Counted from the stretch's first letter, positions 7,731-18,334 are shown. The stretch: 33,688 nt of DNA from Candidatus Woesearchaeota archaeon (GCA_018303245.1 JAGVYM010000010.1:1-33688), one strand, 5' to 3'. Notes: generated by a model not told the origin, from the letters alone. Numbers and translations are program-made.

Positions 7731-7831
7731 ATAATTCATATGATTATTCATATCCATTATCCACGCACTTTTTAAGCGATTTGTAGAGATTTCGACCACA
7801 AACCTTTTAAAGCCTTAAATAATTCATATGA
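7731..7831. promoter_or_regulatory. Promoter with duplicated palindromic site ATAATTCATATGA
   Basis: 13-bp direct repeat at 7731-7743 and 7819-7831 with core TCATATGA; second copy just downstream of BRE/TATA AACCTTTTAAA (7801-7811). Confidence 0.7.
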
Positions 7832-7874
7832 AAATTCAGGCACAGCACCCGAACAAAAAGAGGATGGTTTTACT

Positions 7875-8036
7875 TTGAGCACAGGCATCACGCGCCGCTT
7901 GCAGCGAACGCCGAAAGATCAGTATACGGTGACGATTCCTAAAACGTTGGTCAAGCTTCTCAAGTGGAACAATAAAGACGAGCTTGAGTTTGATTTTGAG
8001 AACGGTAAATTGACGCTTAAAAGGGTGAGAAAGTGA
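7875..8036 (+). CDS. AbrB/MazE/SpoVT-family DNA-binding protein (53 aa, missing from the ORF track)
   Basis: TTG start after GAGGA; MSTGITRRLQRTPKDQYTVTIPKTLVKLLKWNNKDELEFDFENGKLTLKRVRK; GTGA overlap with the next gene. Confidence 0.85.
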   Translation: MSTGITRRLQRTPKDQYTVTIPKTLVKLLKWNNKDELEFDFENGKLTLKRVRK

Positions 8037-11000
8037 AGCGTGCCCTCTTGCTCCTGGTTCTTCTTGCAGTATGTGCTGCTGCAGTCAATGTGACCGAGAA
8101 CGTTGTAGTTAACGTGAACGTCTCGCCGTCCAATGTTTTTGTGGAAGAGCAAACTTCAAGTTATTTGCCGTCAGCAGGTGCAAACGAGTCAGTCTCAGTT
8201 ATTGAAAGAGTTCACGTTATTGAAGTTGTAGAATCTCCTATGATTAAACGAGAAATAACGCCAGTTCAAAACAACACTAAGATAAACGAGACAGAAAACA
8301 TTACAGAACTCGCAAGAGAAATGGATGATGAAGTGAACCTTTCTGCCTGGATTGAAAATGGAACAGAGGTGTTGCCTGAACTTGTTCCCGAAGTAGCTCC
8401 TGAACCGGTGATTCCATCAGTCGAAGTTCCATCCGTTGAGACTCCAACAAGTTTTGGTCCGGTGCAAGAGCAGGATAGTGAGTTGGTCCGCGTGCCTGAG
8501 GTGATAGCTCCGGTAATTTTGCCTTCGCAGATAAATGAAACGCATAACGTTACTGGACGCATAAATTTCAAAGCGTTGGTGCGTGATGCAAAAGGAAATG
8601 TGCTTGATGCGCAAATCGTGGTGAAAGACCGATTGGGCGCAGTGGTCGCAGAAGAGTTGATTGGCGCGCGAACTGTTGCGCAAGAACTAACAGTGCCAAC
8701 CGGTCCAGTTGATGTGGAGATAGAATTCGCACAAGGTCCGATTACAAGAGTGACGCTTGATGAAGCAAACCTCTCCGAAAGCCAAGGGTTTGTCCGTGTG
8801 GACGATGTGCCAGAGCCAATAGGTTGGGTGAGCGTGTATGCAATCGACCCTTCCCAAGTTATTTTCGAGCAGGGAAAGTTGCACGCGGTTGCACAGGGAA
8901 ACGCGCTCTATAAGTGCAAGGACTGGGATTTTGACGCGCGTGTGTGTGATGGAAATTGGACTCTTGTTCAAGCTCTTGTTCCAGGTCAACCCTACGTTGT
9001 TGAGATAAGTTCAAGTGATCCTGCGTTCGGGGAAATAATTGCGACGGAGGCAATACACTTGGATGAAAATGGAACAGTGCTTGAGAATATTTATCCCGCA
9101 ATAAGTGCCATTGATAATGTCTGGTCATCATTGATTCCTGCGAATCATTCAGTTCGTGTCACGTTTGAAAAGAATCTCACCAACGGAAACGTGATAGATT
9201 TCATAGGACAAAGTAATGGGACGTTTGTAGACATCCAAATCTACCGTGCGGGTACAAGCGAGTTTGTCGGTAGGACTGGTCCGATGGATTTACAGGAGTG
9301 GCGTTTTGTTGAGCTTTCAAATCTTTCAAGTTCATCAGATACGTTCGATTTGCGCATTGTAGGTCTTCTCCCGCCAGTCTGTAGCCCAGATGATGACTGT
9401 TTGATTTCGCAAGAACTTCCATTCATGGAGTTTGAATATATTCATGACGAAGCGGCTACGGCGAATGGAACGGCAGGGGTTGCGGTTTACTCAGAGAGTG
9501 GAACTGTTTCTCCACGCTATCGCAACTGGAACATGACTACTCAGCAATGGGCGGGTGAGACCACGGCGCTTGCGAATACAGGAGAAGCGTCATGGGTCGT
9601 GTTGCGAAGTAGTCATGAGTTTGATAGCCAATTTTTCTCAGGAGTTATAGGTACAGATACGAATGTTTCGCTCCAGGTTGGTCAGGGCTTCAACTCATCT
9701 GGTGGTGTTAACTGGACCATAAGATATAACCTTTCGGCAGATGTTCCCAACACAGGTCTGCGCTCTCTTGATATCGGAGTTGAAGATGTTTCAGGTAATG
9801 CGGTTGTAGTGTTCGAAACAAGTGCTTCGGGTGACACAGGGGTGGCGCTCAGTGTTTGGAATGGCACCACGCTTGATGCAGAGCAGACATTCAATATCTC
9901 TTCGAGCGGAGGAGTCCAATGGATTCGCGCAGTTTCCCGTTCGAGCACAAATGAAGTGATGATTCTCACACTGAACAGTTTGAATGACTTGTATGCGACT
10001 TTGTGGAACGGCAGCTCGTTTGTAAACGCGACTGGCTTTACTATTACAACAGATACCGGAGTTACAACCGATGAGGTCTTTGACTTTGTCTGGGAGTCCA
10101 ACGGGAATGGTTTAGTTGTTTACCGTGAGAATAGTAGCACGTCGATTCAGTATAGAACATTCAATGGGGGGACAAGAAGTTGGAGCGCGGCTGGTAATTT
10201 CTTCACGCTTGATGGTGGAAGTCCAACTGAGTTCAAGCTCTGTGCTGACCCGACTTCAAATTATGTTGGATTTATTTCTTCCGACTCAACTGATGATGTG
10301 AACGCCGTGATTTGGAATGGCACCGCGGTGGAGACTTCTCCTGCTGCTCCCTCGGAAATTGCCGCGGTTGAGCCCAATACTGCTCCTGCGCGCAATGTTG
10401 GCTGTGTTTGGTCAGTGGATGGCAGGAATGCGACCTTTGTTTTTGTTGATGCGAATGCGCCAACTGATGATTTGATTTCTTTTGCAAGGTATAACAAGAC
10501 GTCTTGGTCTGTTTCAAGTTTGGCAAGCCCTGAACGGTCTGAAACAGTCACGGGAGGACCCAGCATCGAGCGTTTGGAAGCTTACATAAATCCGTTCACT
10601 TCAGAAATTCAAGTTCTTACATTGGATGCTGGAGGAAACGATGACTTGCATTCCGCGCTCTGGAACCGAACTTCGTGGGTGGTGAGTTCCGGAGGGAATT
10701 ACTTTTTGGAAACGACCGTGTCGTGTGGCGGTGGGACGACGCAGTGCGCGGACTTTGTCTGGAACGCATTTGATCCTGCTCCGAACCTGACGTTGAGTGT
10801 TCCTCAAGGTGCGTCGTTCAACCAAAGCGACATCATCAACATCACGGTGAACGCTTCGGACAACTATCAGGTGGACAAGGTGAACATCACGATATACGCG
10901 CCAAATGGAACCTTGCTTCAGTATAACCTGACGCTTGTGCAAGGGAACTCGACGTCTGGTTTGTACGCGCTGAATTTCACCAACACTACCTTTACGCTGG

Positions 11001-14000
11001 GAAGGTATAACTTTTCGGTTGAGGCAAATGATACGAGCACGCACGACAATAGTAATTTTACCTCTGGCTTTTTTACCATCGCAAACGTGACTTCTTGTCC
11101 AGCAGTACTGCTTGCGAATACGACGCTTGCACAGAACATTTCTGCGACAGGTAGTTGCCTTTCGTTTGGAGAAAACAACATCATGCTCGACTGTAATGGA
11201 TTTGCCATCCGTTATGACAGTTCAGGCACAGGGGCCGCTTCTGGAATAACTGCCAGCGATAAAGTGAATGTCACGATTAAGAACTGTGTTCTCATAGATT
11301 CTTCTCTTGTGGGCGGGGAAAGTGTAGCGCTTAATCTGACGAGGACCAATCAAAGCTCGCTGACCAATCTTACTGTTCAGACGAATGGTACTAATGATAA
11401 TTATGCGCTGTTCATGTTGCACTCGTTTGAGAACACGCTGGTGAATCTGACGCTGCGCAGTAATGGCAGCGCGGGAAACAATACAGTGGTTTATCTGATA
11501 AATTCCTCAAGGAATAACTTCACACAGCTTACTGCGAGTGCGAACGGTTCTGCCAACAACACCGGGATTCTGGTGCAGGCAGCGCACGGGAATAGTTTCG
11601 TGAATGTTGCGCTGAACACATCGGGAACCTCAAGCTATGGAGTGGAGATTCGTTCAAGTGAGAACAACACGTTCCAGAATATTAGTTTGCGTACTGTGCA
11701 ATGGATTAACGCGAGTGTAAGTGCTGCGACGAATTTTACTAATACTGCTTTCGTCACCGGAACTGGTAGCCTGCTTTATCCTGGAGTTGTGACGATGACA
11801 GGGACGCACGACATCACTTCGACCAAAGTCGCTCTGACTTCGAATAGGACGTTTGTCAACAGCACCAATCTTTCGTTCCTGAACGTTTCCGCGCAAGTCG
11901 CTTTGTTCAGCATTAATTTCACCAGTCCTGCGATGCTTTATGATCAGAACGATAACGGTAGCTTTATCGATTGTACTTCGCCGCGTTGTGTTAACGTGAG
12001 TTTTGCAAGCAATGTCTTCACTTTCAACGTGAGCAGCTTTACAACATACGCGGCTACCGCGTCGCTTCAAAATGTCACGTTCAGCATCTCTGATATGCCT
12101 GATCCGGTGAGTCGCGGGGGCCAGTTGAATTACACAATCATTGTGAACAATACGGGAACAGAGACTGCGTTTAACGTGACGGTGAATTCTACCTATGCAT
12201 CAAGTGTGGTGTTTGATAGTTCTTCTCCATCAGCTGCTGGAAACATCACGTTCAGTTTGGGAAACATTAGCGCGGGAAGCGTGTTCATGATTAACATCAC
12301 GGTGAATGTGAGTCTTTCATCATGGAATGGTACGCTTTTGAACCACTCGGCGAACGTCACGTTTACGAACGCGTCTGGTCAAGCGACTTTGCAGGCCACA
12401 AGTCAGCTTACGCTGGTGAGGGGAACTCCGGGAATTAGTACGAGCATGACTGATTCTCCTAGTCCAGTTATGGTGGGAAGTACGTTGAGGTATAACATTA
12501 CGGTGAACAATTCAGGTGATGATACTGCGTTCAATGTGAGCGTGTTGGAGTCGTATCCTTCGGGTGTTGTGTTTAACAATAGTTTTCCTTCGCCAAGTTC
12601 GGGGAATGAGACATTTACAATTGGTACGCTTGCGCCGAACCAGTCGACCACAATCAATATCACAGTAAACGTAAGTTCAGGTGTGGCGAACGGTACAACG
12701 CTCAATAATTCCTATATGGTCACGTTTGGGAATGCTTCGGGCATGAATAGTTCGGTGACCAACAGTACGTTGACGACCGCGCAGGCGACGTTTGTGGCGA
12801 ATGTGAGTGCGAACATGAGTGACTCTCCTGATCCTGTCGTGCGGGGGGCACAGCTGAATTATACAATAACTATCAACAACACAGGAAGCGATGGAGTGTA
12901 CAACGTGAGCGCGGTGGAGTCATATCCTGCAGGAGTGGTTTTCCATAGCTCTTCTCCAAGTTCCAGTTCAGGGAATGGTACTTTTATACTTGGCAATCTC
13001 ACTGCAGGGACGGGTACGACTGTTAACATCACTGTGAACGTGACCGCTTCCAACGCGACGTCATTGAACAATACTGCGGCGATTAACTTTTCGAATGTGG
13101 CAGGGTTGACGACGACCATCAGCGCAAGTACGCTCACATTGGTGCGTGGATTTCCAAGCATGACTGCGAGTGTTAACGATACTCCTGATTTTGTTTTAGT
13201 GAACAAGAGTGTTCTTTACCAAGTATTGCTCAATAATTCAGGTGATGATACTGCGTTCAATTCCACCTTGGTGTTGACCTATCCGACTGGAACGATTTTC
13301 AACGCGAGCGCGCCGGTTCCGGTGTTGGGAAACACCAATTTCACAGTGGGTAATTTCTCTCCCAACCAGACCTTGCTGGTGAATCTGACGCTCAATGTAA
13401 CCAGCGCGGTTGAGAATGGGACAAGTCTGAACTTGTCAGGTGTGCTTTCGTTTGGAAACGCGTCGGGCTCAAACACGAGTGTTGTTGCAAGTGTGCTCAC
13501 CACTGTCCGTGGTTTCCCGTTCATTGTAGTGACGCATTCTGACTCTCCTGATCCAGTTTTCAGAGGCGCAACTCTGGTCTATACGGTGAATGTGACGAAC
13601 GCAGGTTATGATATCGCTTACAACACGACCCTTGTGGAAAGTTATCCTTCAAATACAACTTTCCTTAACGCATCGCCCGCTCCTTCAATTGGCAATTCCA
13701 CGTTTAATCTGGGTAACCTTTCGATAAATAGCTCTGCAGTTGTTGTTATACTGCTGAATACTACAACAGGAATTGCGAACGCGACCCAATTGAATAATTC
13801 GGTCAACGTGTCTTTTGTGAATGGTTCAAGCGAGTCATCTGAAGTGAATGTTTCAGTCTTGACAACAGTCATTGCAGGTTCTGCTCCTTCAGTCGTATCA
13901 AGTGGTCCGTTGAACCGTACCAACCTGACGATATCTACGCAGGTATTCAGCGCAAATGTTACGGACGATTCATCTGCAAATTTCACTTGCCTGCTTGCGA

Positions 14001-16558
14001 TTGACAGTTCTACAAATATGACAAACAGTAGTGTTCAGAATAACACCTTGCTTAACTTTAGCGGGACAGGACTCGCGCAAGGGAATCATTCCTGGAACGT
14101 TGCGTGTACTGACCTTTCCGCAAACACCAATGCGAGCGAGACGCGTATATTTGTTGTTGACTCGACAAGTCCTGAGTTCAACTCGCTCTCGCTCAATCCC
14201 AACAGCTCTGCAGGGCTTGACCCGGGAGCGGCGGTTGTCTTTACCGCAAATGTGAGTGATAATTATACCTCAGTGGATACAGTAGTTCTGCATATTTTGC
14301 GAAATGGCAACGCTGTGCAGAACACAACCATGACGTTGAATGCGAGCACGGGTTTGTTTAACGCGACGGTCAATGTGACGGAAAGCGCAGCGTATGGCGC
14401 GTTCATTGTCGCAAATGATTCGTTCGGGAATCAGGGGACTTCGACGGCGGTGAACTTTACAGTTGAGCTTGATAACAATTGGATTCAGCCGTCCTCTCTT
14501 GGCGCGTTTGTCGCAACCCCTGGTCAGAATATAAGTTTGGGGACGCTGGTCATCAACAACAGTGGTGACTATCGCAGGTCGTTTAACATAAGTTCTACAT
14601 TGAATGGAACTGCATTCAACGAGTCTGCTTTTACCATCAACGGCGGTCAGTTAAGGTACATTCAGGTCAACGTCAGCGTTCCATTAAGTTCGGGAGTCTT
14701 GCTCAATAACCTTACCATCAACTCCTCTGCCGGAACAAGTAACATATTTGTAGATGTGAATGGGAGCGATTTCAGCCAGACTAATGTGAGCTTTATCATA
14801 GTCACAGTCGATGACGCGTTCCTGTTCACCAATTTCACGACCATTCCTGTTTCAGTCACGCAGGGACAGTCTAGTGTCGCAATCCAAGCGCAGGTGAAGA
14901 ATATTGGGACCAGAAACGCAAGTAATGTTACTTTGAATATCACGCTTCCTTCGGAGTGGACAGTGCAGGGAGGAAGTACGAGCGCGAGTTTTAGTGTGCT
15001 TGAGCCAAATGACACTGAAATTTTGAACGTGCTTGTTGCAATCCCAACGACTGCTGCGACCGGGTATAAGAGTGTGTTCGCGAGCGTGGATGGAGTTAAC
15101 AATTCAGGCACGGTGCTTTCTTCGCAGAATTTGACGTTGAACGCGACTGGGCAAGTGCTTGTCGAATCAGCGCAAGGGGTCTTCGGGAAGCAGGGTTCAG
15201 GGGGTTCTAGTGGGTCGGGTAGTTCAGGAAGTGGAGCGGGAGGTGCTGGCTCAAGTGGTCCAGGTGGTGTGGCTCCAGGAACTTTTGGAAAGTCCACGGA
15301 ACACGCGGTCCTGGTCACCAATGAAACTATTGAAGTTGTGCGTGGCTCGCGGATTGTGTTTCCGCTGCTTGTCACAAATGTTTACAACAATTCGTTGATG
15401 AAGAAAGTTTCTCTTGATGTTGAGGGAGCGCTTGCAAGGTATGTGCAGTGGAATCCTCAAGTGCTTGAGACTATATTGTTTGGGCGAAGCAAGGTGTTTG
15501 AGGTTGAAGTTGCCGCTCCGCTCTACGCGAACCGTTCAGAGATTAACATCACGTTCGCAATTACTTCAGAGCTGGAATCTGAAGGTATAGTGTACAAAGC
15601 AGGGGTTCCTTTCGCAGAGACGTTTAAGAAAAGCGTGATTGAGTACAAGACGATTCGTGTGGTTATTCGTGAGGTGAGTCCCGCCCAGGCCAAGGAACAG
15701 TTTGTTGGGGTTGAGGGTTTGTACGAGCAGGTTGTTGCGAAGAAATATCCAACTGCCAAGGCCGATATTTTGCTTGAGCTTCTTCGGAACGCGATGTACG
15801 CGCAGAATTATGAGGACGCAGTCTATATTGCTGGAAAGCTCAAGATTTTGCTTGAGAAAGAGCTTGAGGCGGGAGCCGCGATTGAAGCGCTTAAAGAGCG
15901 CATCGCGCAGGCAAAGGATGACGGGCTCGATGTCCGGGAAACAGAAGAAATCCTTGCGTTGGCGGCGAAAGCGTTTGAGGTTGAGGATTTTGAGAAGGCG
16001 CTTGCTCGGGCTGACGAGGCGGTTGCGATTCAGTTCATTGAACTCAAAGGCGCGTTCAACATAGTGCGTTTGGTGGAAAAATATTGGTGGATGATTGTTC
16101 TTATTGCAGGAGCGGCAAGTACGGGAACCTATGTTGGCTGGAGGAAGATATATGTGAAGTACATTGCTTATCGCTTGGAACTCCTTGAGAGCGAGCAGGT
16201 GAGTGTCCAAAAGACGGTGAAGGAAGTTCAGGAGCAATACTTTGTGAAAAAGGAGCTTGGCTCTGATGCGTTTTATGATGCGATGGAAAAGCTCGTTAAA
16301 AAGACAGAGAGTGTTCGCGGTGCGGTGCTTCGTTTGCGGTTGCGCCGTGCGCACATGTTGGGCGCGCGAAAGGCGCTTGAAGTGGAGCTTAAGGAGCGCG
16401 CAAGTTTGCAAGAAGAACTACGAAAGCTTCAGGAAGATTATTTTGTCAAAGGAAAGCTTTCGGGGAAAAGGTATGGTGTGCAGAGTGAGAGTCTGCGTTT
16501 GCTTACGGTTGAGGTCGACGCACGCATTGCGGTGTTGCGCAAGAGGTTGAAAAAATGA
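8033..16558 (+). CDS. Giant multidomain cell-surface glycoprotein (2841 aa), putative adhesin
   Basis: Signal peptide; Pro/Glu/Val stalk; YAIDP..LYKCKDWDF..C domain; WNG(T/S) repeat region; parallel beta-helix (LDCNGFAIRY, NVTIKNC); five DUF11-like repeats; Ig-like domains; Gly/Ser linker; helical region, TM (YWWMIVLIAGAASTGTYVGW) and cytoplasmic tail; very dense N-x-S/T sequons. Confidence 0.9.
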   Translation: MKRALLLLVLLAVCAAAVNVTENVVVNVNVSPSNVFVEEQTSSYLPSAGANESVSVIERVHVIEVVESPMIKREITPVQNNTKINETENITELAREMDDEVNLSAWIENGTEVLPELVPEVAPEPVIPSVEVPSVETPTSFGPVQEQDSELVRVPEVIAPVILPSQINETHNVTGRINFKALVRDAKGNVLDAQIVVKDRLGAVVAEELIGARTVAQELTVPTGPVDVEIEFAQGPITRVTLDEANLSESQGFVRVDDVPEPIGWVSVYAIDPSQVIFEQGKLHAVAQGNALYKCKDWDFDARVCDGNWTLVQALVPGQPYVVEISSSDPAFGEIIATEAIHLDENGTVLENIYPAISAIDNVWSSLIPANHSVRVTFEKNLTNGNVIDFIGQSNGTFVDIQIYRAGTSEFVGRTGPMDLQEWRFVELSNLSSSSDTFDLRIVGLLPPVCSPDDDCLISQELPFMEFEYIHDEAATANGTAGVAVYSESGTVSPRYRNWNMTTQQWAGETTALANTGEASWVVLRSSHEFDSQFFSGVIGTDTNVSLQVGQGFNSSGGVNWTIRYNLSADVPNTGLRSLDIGVEDVSGNAVVVFETSASGDTGVALSVWNGTTLDAEQTFNISSSGGVQWIRAVSRSSTNEVMILTLNSLNDLYATLWNGSSFVNATGFTITTDTGVTTDEVFDFVWESNGNGLVVYRENSSTSIQYRTFNGGTRSWSAAGNFFTLDGGSPTEFKLCADPTSNYVGFISSDSTDDVNAVIWNGTAVETSPAAPSEIAAVEPNTAPARNVGCVWSVDGRNATFVFVDANAPTDDLISFARYNKTSWSVSSLASPERSETVTGGPSIERLEAYINPFTSEIQVLTLDAGGNDDLHSALWNRTSWVVSSGGNYFLETTVSCGGGTTQCADFVWNAFDPAPNLTLSVPQGASFNQSDIINITVNASDNYQVDKVNITIYAPNGTLLQYNLTLVQGNSTSGLYALNFTNTTFTLGRYNFSVEANDTSTHDNSNFTSGFFTIANVTSCPAVLLANTTLAQNISATGSCLSFGENNIMLDCNGFAIRYDSSGTGAASGITASDKVNVTIKNCVLIDSSLVGGESVALNLTRTNQSSLTNLTVQTNGTNDNYALFMLHSFENTLVNLTLRSNGSAGNNTVVYLINSSRNNFTQLTASANGSANNTGILVQAAHGNSFVNVALNTSGTSSYGVEIRSSENNTFQNISLRTVQWINASVSAATNFTNTAFVTGTGSLLYPGVVTMTGTHDITSTKVALTSNRTFVNSTNLSFLNVSAQVALFSINFTSPAMLYDQNDNGSFIDCTSPRCVNVSFASNVFTFNVSSFTTYAATASLQNVTFSISDMPDPVSRGGQLNYTIIVNNTGTETAFNVTVNSTYASSVVFDSSSPSAAGNITFSLGNISAGSVFMINITVNVSLSSWNGTLLNHSANVTFTNASGQATLQATSQLTLVRGTPGISTSMTDSPSPVMVGSTLRYNITVNNSGDDTAFNVSVLESYPSGVVFNNSFPSPSSGNETFTIGTLAPNQSTTINITVNVSSGVANGTTLNNSYMVTFGNASGMNSSVTNSTLTTAQATFVANVSANMSDSPDPVVRGAQLNYTITINNTGSDGVYNVSAVESYPAGVVFHSSSPSSSSGNGTFILGNLTAGTGTTVNITVNVTASNATSLNNTAAINFSNVAGLTTTISASTLTLVRGFPSMTASVNDTPDFVLVNKSVLYQVLLNNSGDDTAFNSTLVLTYPTGTIFNASAPVPVLGNTNFTVGNFSPNQTLLVNLTLNVTSAVENGTSLNLSGVLSFGNASGSNTSVVASVLTTVRGFPFIVVTHSDSPDPVFRGATLVYTVNVTNAGYDIAYNTTLVESYPSNTTFLNASPAPSIGNSTFNLGNLSINSSAVVVILLNTTTGIANATQLNNSVNVSFVNGSSESSEVNVSVLTTVIAGSAPSVVSSGPLNRTNLTISTQVFSANVTDDSSANFTCLLAIDSSTNMTNSSVQNNTLLNFSGTGLAQGNHSWNVACTDLSANTNASETRIFVVDSTSPEFNSLSLNPNSSAGLDPGAAVVFTANVSDNYTSVDTVVLHILRNGNAVQNTTMTLNASTGLFNATVNVTESAAYGAFIVANDSFGNQGTSTAVNFTVELDNNWIQPSSLGAFVATPGQNISLGTLVINNSGDYRRSFNISSTLNGTAFNESAFTINGGQLRYIQVNVSVPLSSGVLLNNLTINSSAGTSNIFVDVNGSDFSQTNVSFIIVTVDDAFLFTNFTTIPVSVTQGQSSVAIQAQVKNIGTRNASNVTLNITLPSEWTVQGGSTSASFSVLEPNDTEILNVLVAIPTTAATGYKSVFASVDGVNNSGTVLSSQNLTLNATGQVLVESAQGVFGKQGSGGSSGSGSSGSGAGGAGSSGPGGVAPGTFGKSTEHAVLVTNETIEVVRGSRIVFPLLVTNVYNNSLMKKVSLDVEGALARYVQWNPQVLETILFGRSKVFEVEVAAPLYANRSEINITFAITSELESEGIVYKAGVPFAETFKKSVIEYKTIRVVIREVSPAQAKEQFVGVEGLYEQVVAKKYPTAKADILLELLRNAMYAQNYEDAVYIAGKLKILLEKELEAGAAIEALKERIAQAKDDGLDVRETEEILALAAKAFEVEDFEKALARADEAVAIQFIELKGAFNIVRLVEKYWWMIVLIAGAASTGTYVGWRKIYVKYIAYRLELLESEQVSVQKTVKEVQEQYFVKKELGSDAFYDAMEKLVKKTESVRGAVLRLRLRRAHMLGARKALEVELKERASLQEELRKLQEDYFVKGKLSGKRYGVQSESLRLLTVEVDARIAVLRKRLKK
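12066..13875 (+). repeat. Five tandem ~120-aa DUF11-like repeats inside the surface protein
   Basis: D.PDPV..G..L.Y.I.VNN.G.D.A.N recurs at ~12066, 12425, 12794, 13151 and 13514; shared DNA AATTCAGGTGATGATACTGCGTTCAA in repeats 2 and 4. Confidence 0.85.
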
Positions 16559-17472
16559 AGGTCGTGTTACTCATTTTGTTGCTTTCCACACTGGTTGTCG
16601 CTGCGTCTTCAGAGGATGCCCGAGAGGCGTATTTGAACGCGACGGTGCACGTCGAGCAGATGAAACGGGCAGGTTTTCCGCACGGTTTGATGGATGGCTT
16701 GCTTCAGGATATGGAAATCGCGCTCAAAGGTAAGAATGCGTCAAAACTACTCCAGACTGCTTTGATTCTCAACCAGACAGAAGAGGGAATACTGAGAGCG
16801 CAGGAATATTTTGCAGAGCTTGAGTCTGCCCGTTTGCAGGGTTTGCAGCCTGGCCAGAATTTCTCAATGGTCATCCACTATGCGCAACTGATTGCGTACA
16901 AGCGCGAGCAAGCTTTTGAGGCTCGTGATGAACTTAAGAGAGTGGAGGAGATTATCGCAGGAGCAGAGAATATCAATCTGTCGCGGGTGAATGAACTGTT
17001 GCAGGAGGCGCAGGATTCATTTGCGAGTGAGAAGTACGAGCTGATTCCTGGCTTGGTGAACCAGACTGAGGTCGCGTTGGAAGACGCAAAAGTTGCCGCT
17101 GCGCGTAACCGTGCTCTTGCCCGCCTTGCCCGTCGTAATCTGTTGAGTTTTGTCGAGGATAATTGGTTGAGCGTGCTTGTTGTGTTGTTGATTTTTTCCG
17201 TGCTTGGCCTCTGGGGATTTGTGGAGGGCAGGGTTTTTTATGCCGCGAAAAAGGTGCGAGTGCTGGAAAGCGAGCTTGCCGCCGCGCATGAGGGGCTGTT
17301 GCAGGCGCAGAAAGAGTATTACTCTGGAGAAAGTGGAAGGTCGACCTATGGAGCGCGGACCGAAAAGGTGCATGAGAAACAGCGAGCAATTAGCAGCCAG
17401 CTCCACGCCTGGCGTGAACTGCATGCCAAATACTTGAAGACGGCCGTTATCGCGCGATTCAGGCCAAAGTGA
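16555..17472 (+). CDS. Membrane-anchored helical protein resembling the C-terminal module of 8033..16558
   Basis: Signal peptide, helical repeats (ELLQEAQDSFASEKYE), TM (NWLSVLVVLLIFSVLGLWGF), AQKEYY..G...Y tail; ATGA coupling to the upstream gene. Confidence 0.85.
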   Translation: MKVVLLILLLSTLVVAASSEDAREAYLNATVHVEQMKRAGFPHGLMDGLLQDMEIALKGKNASKLLQTALILNQTEEGILRAQEYFAELESARLQGLQPGQNFSMVIHYAQLIAYKREQAFEARDELKRVEEIIAGAENINLSRVNELLQEAQDSFASEKYELIPGLVNQTEVALEDAKVAAARNRALARLARRNLLSFVEDNWLSVLVVLLIFSVLGLWGFVEGRVFYAAKKVRVLESELAAAHEGLLQAQKEYYSGESGRSTYGARTEKVHEKQRAISSQLHAWRELHAKYLKTAVIARFRPK

Positions 17473-18334
17473 AGACTTCTTGCTCAGGGTAGACGACGAT
17501 TCCTTGTCCCGTCTTGATTTGGAAAGGAACGATTTTTTTCTTGAAGCCGCTTCCGCGCATCTTGAGGATTTCAAACGCGCTTTCACGCACGTTTCCCTGT
17601 CGCAGGTTGTAGAAGATGAATACTCCGTCCGCGAGGAATTCTTCTGAGCCTGAACTGCTGAGCTTAACTCCAGGATCGTTCGATTCGGAGATAAGGAATG
17701 TCGTTGCCCCTATTTCCTTGAAAATGTTGAATAGTTGTTCGATATAGATTCGGTAGGATTCTTCTTTGCCGTATAGTGCCGAGGCGACTGCGGAGAGCGA
17801 GTCGATGGCGACGCGGTCGGGCTTGTAATCGGAAGGGATAACCATTGGGCGGATGTCGATGAGAAGTTCTCCTTTGATGCGTTCCATCATGGCGTCTATT
17901 TGGCGAGTGATGTCCATGGGTGTGAATTTGCGTATCATGAAGTGTCCACTTTTTTCAAGGGGGGCTATGTCCCAGCCAAAATCTTTCATGTGTTTGCGCA
18001 ATGTTTCCGGTGTTTCTTCAAGGGTTATGTAGAAGACGCGTTCTCCCGCTTTCGCGGCGTGATAGAGTGTTTGGAGACAGAAGATGGTTTTTCCGCTTCC
18101 TGGTCCCCCGATGGTGAGGATAGAACTTCCGCGGGGGATTCCGTTCATGAAAAGTTCATCAAGTCCCACCACTCCTGTTCCAACATACTCTTGTCCGCTG
18201 ATGGGAATCTTGCGGTGAGGTTGGGCTTCTTGGAGTTTTTGTTGGATATGTTCTTTTATTTTTGCCGCGTCAATGAGTGGCCTGTGGATTTCAGTAGGGG
18301 ATGTTGTTTGAGCGGGAACCTCTTTTTTTGGCAT
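17459..18334 (-). CDS. KaiC/RAD55-like ATPase, single domain with N-terminal extension
   Basis: TGVVGLDEL, Walker A GGPGSGKT, ITLEE, Walker B AIDSLS, EEFLADGV, ILKMRG; TATA ~24 nt upstream. Confidence 0.92.
   Translation of the reverse strand: MPKKEVPAQTTSPTEIHRPLIDAAKIKEHIQQKLQEAQPHRKIPISGQEYVGTGVVGLDELFMNGIPRGSSILTIGGPGSGKTIFCLQTLYHAAKAGERVFYITLEETPETLRKHMKDFGWDIAPLEKSGHFMIRKFTPMDITRQIDAMMERIKGELLIDIRPMVIPSDYKPDRVAIDSLSAVASALYGKEESYRIYIEQLFNIFKEIGATTFLISESNDPGVKLSSSGSEEFLADGVFIFYNLRQGNVRESAFEILKMRGSGFKKKIVPFQIKTGQGIVVYPEQEVFTLA

Noticed and set aside
7919..8152. 77-aa minus-strand ORF
   Set aside because: Antisense to the AbrB gene and the start of the surface protein
12066..13875. CRISPR array or DGR-type repeat
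   Set aside because: These are in-frame ~360-bp protein domain repeats; no spacer pattern, cas genes or reverse transcriptase
8266..16550. Many antisense and alternate-frame ORFs (e.g. 14662..15375, 15566..16411)
   Set aside because: Shadows of the 2841-aa gene; no motifs or expression signals
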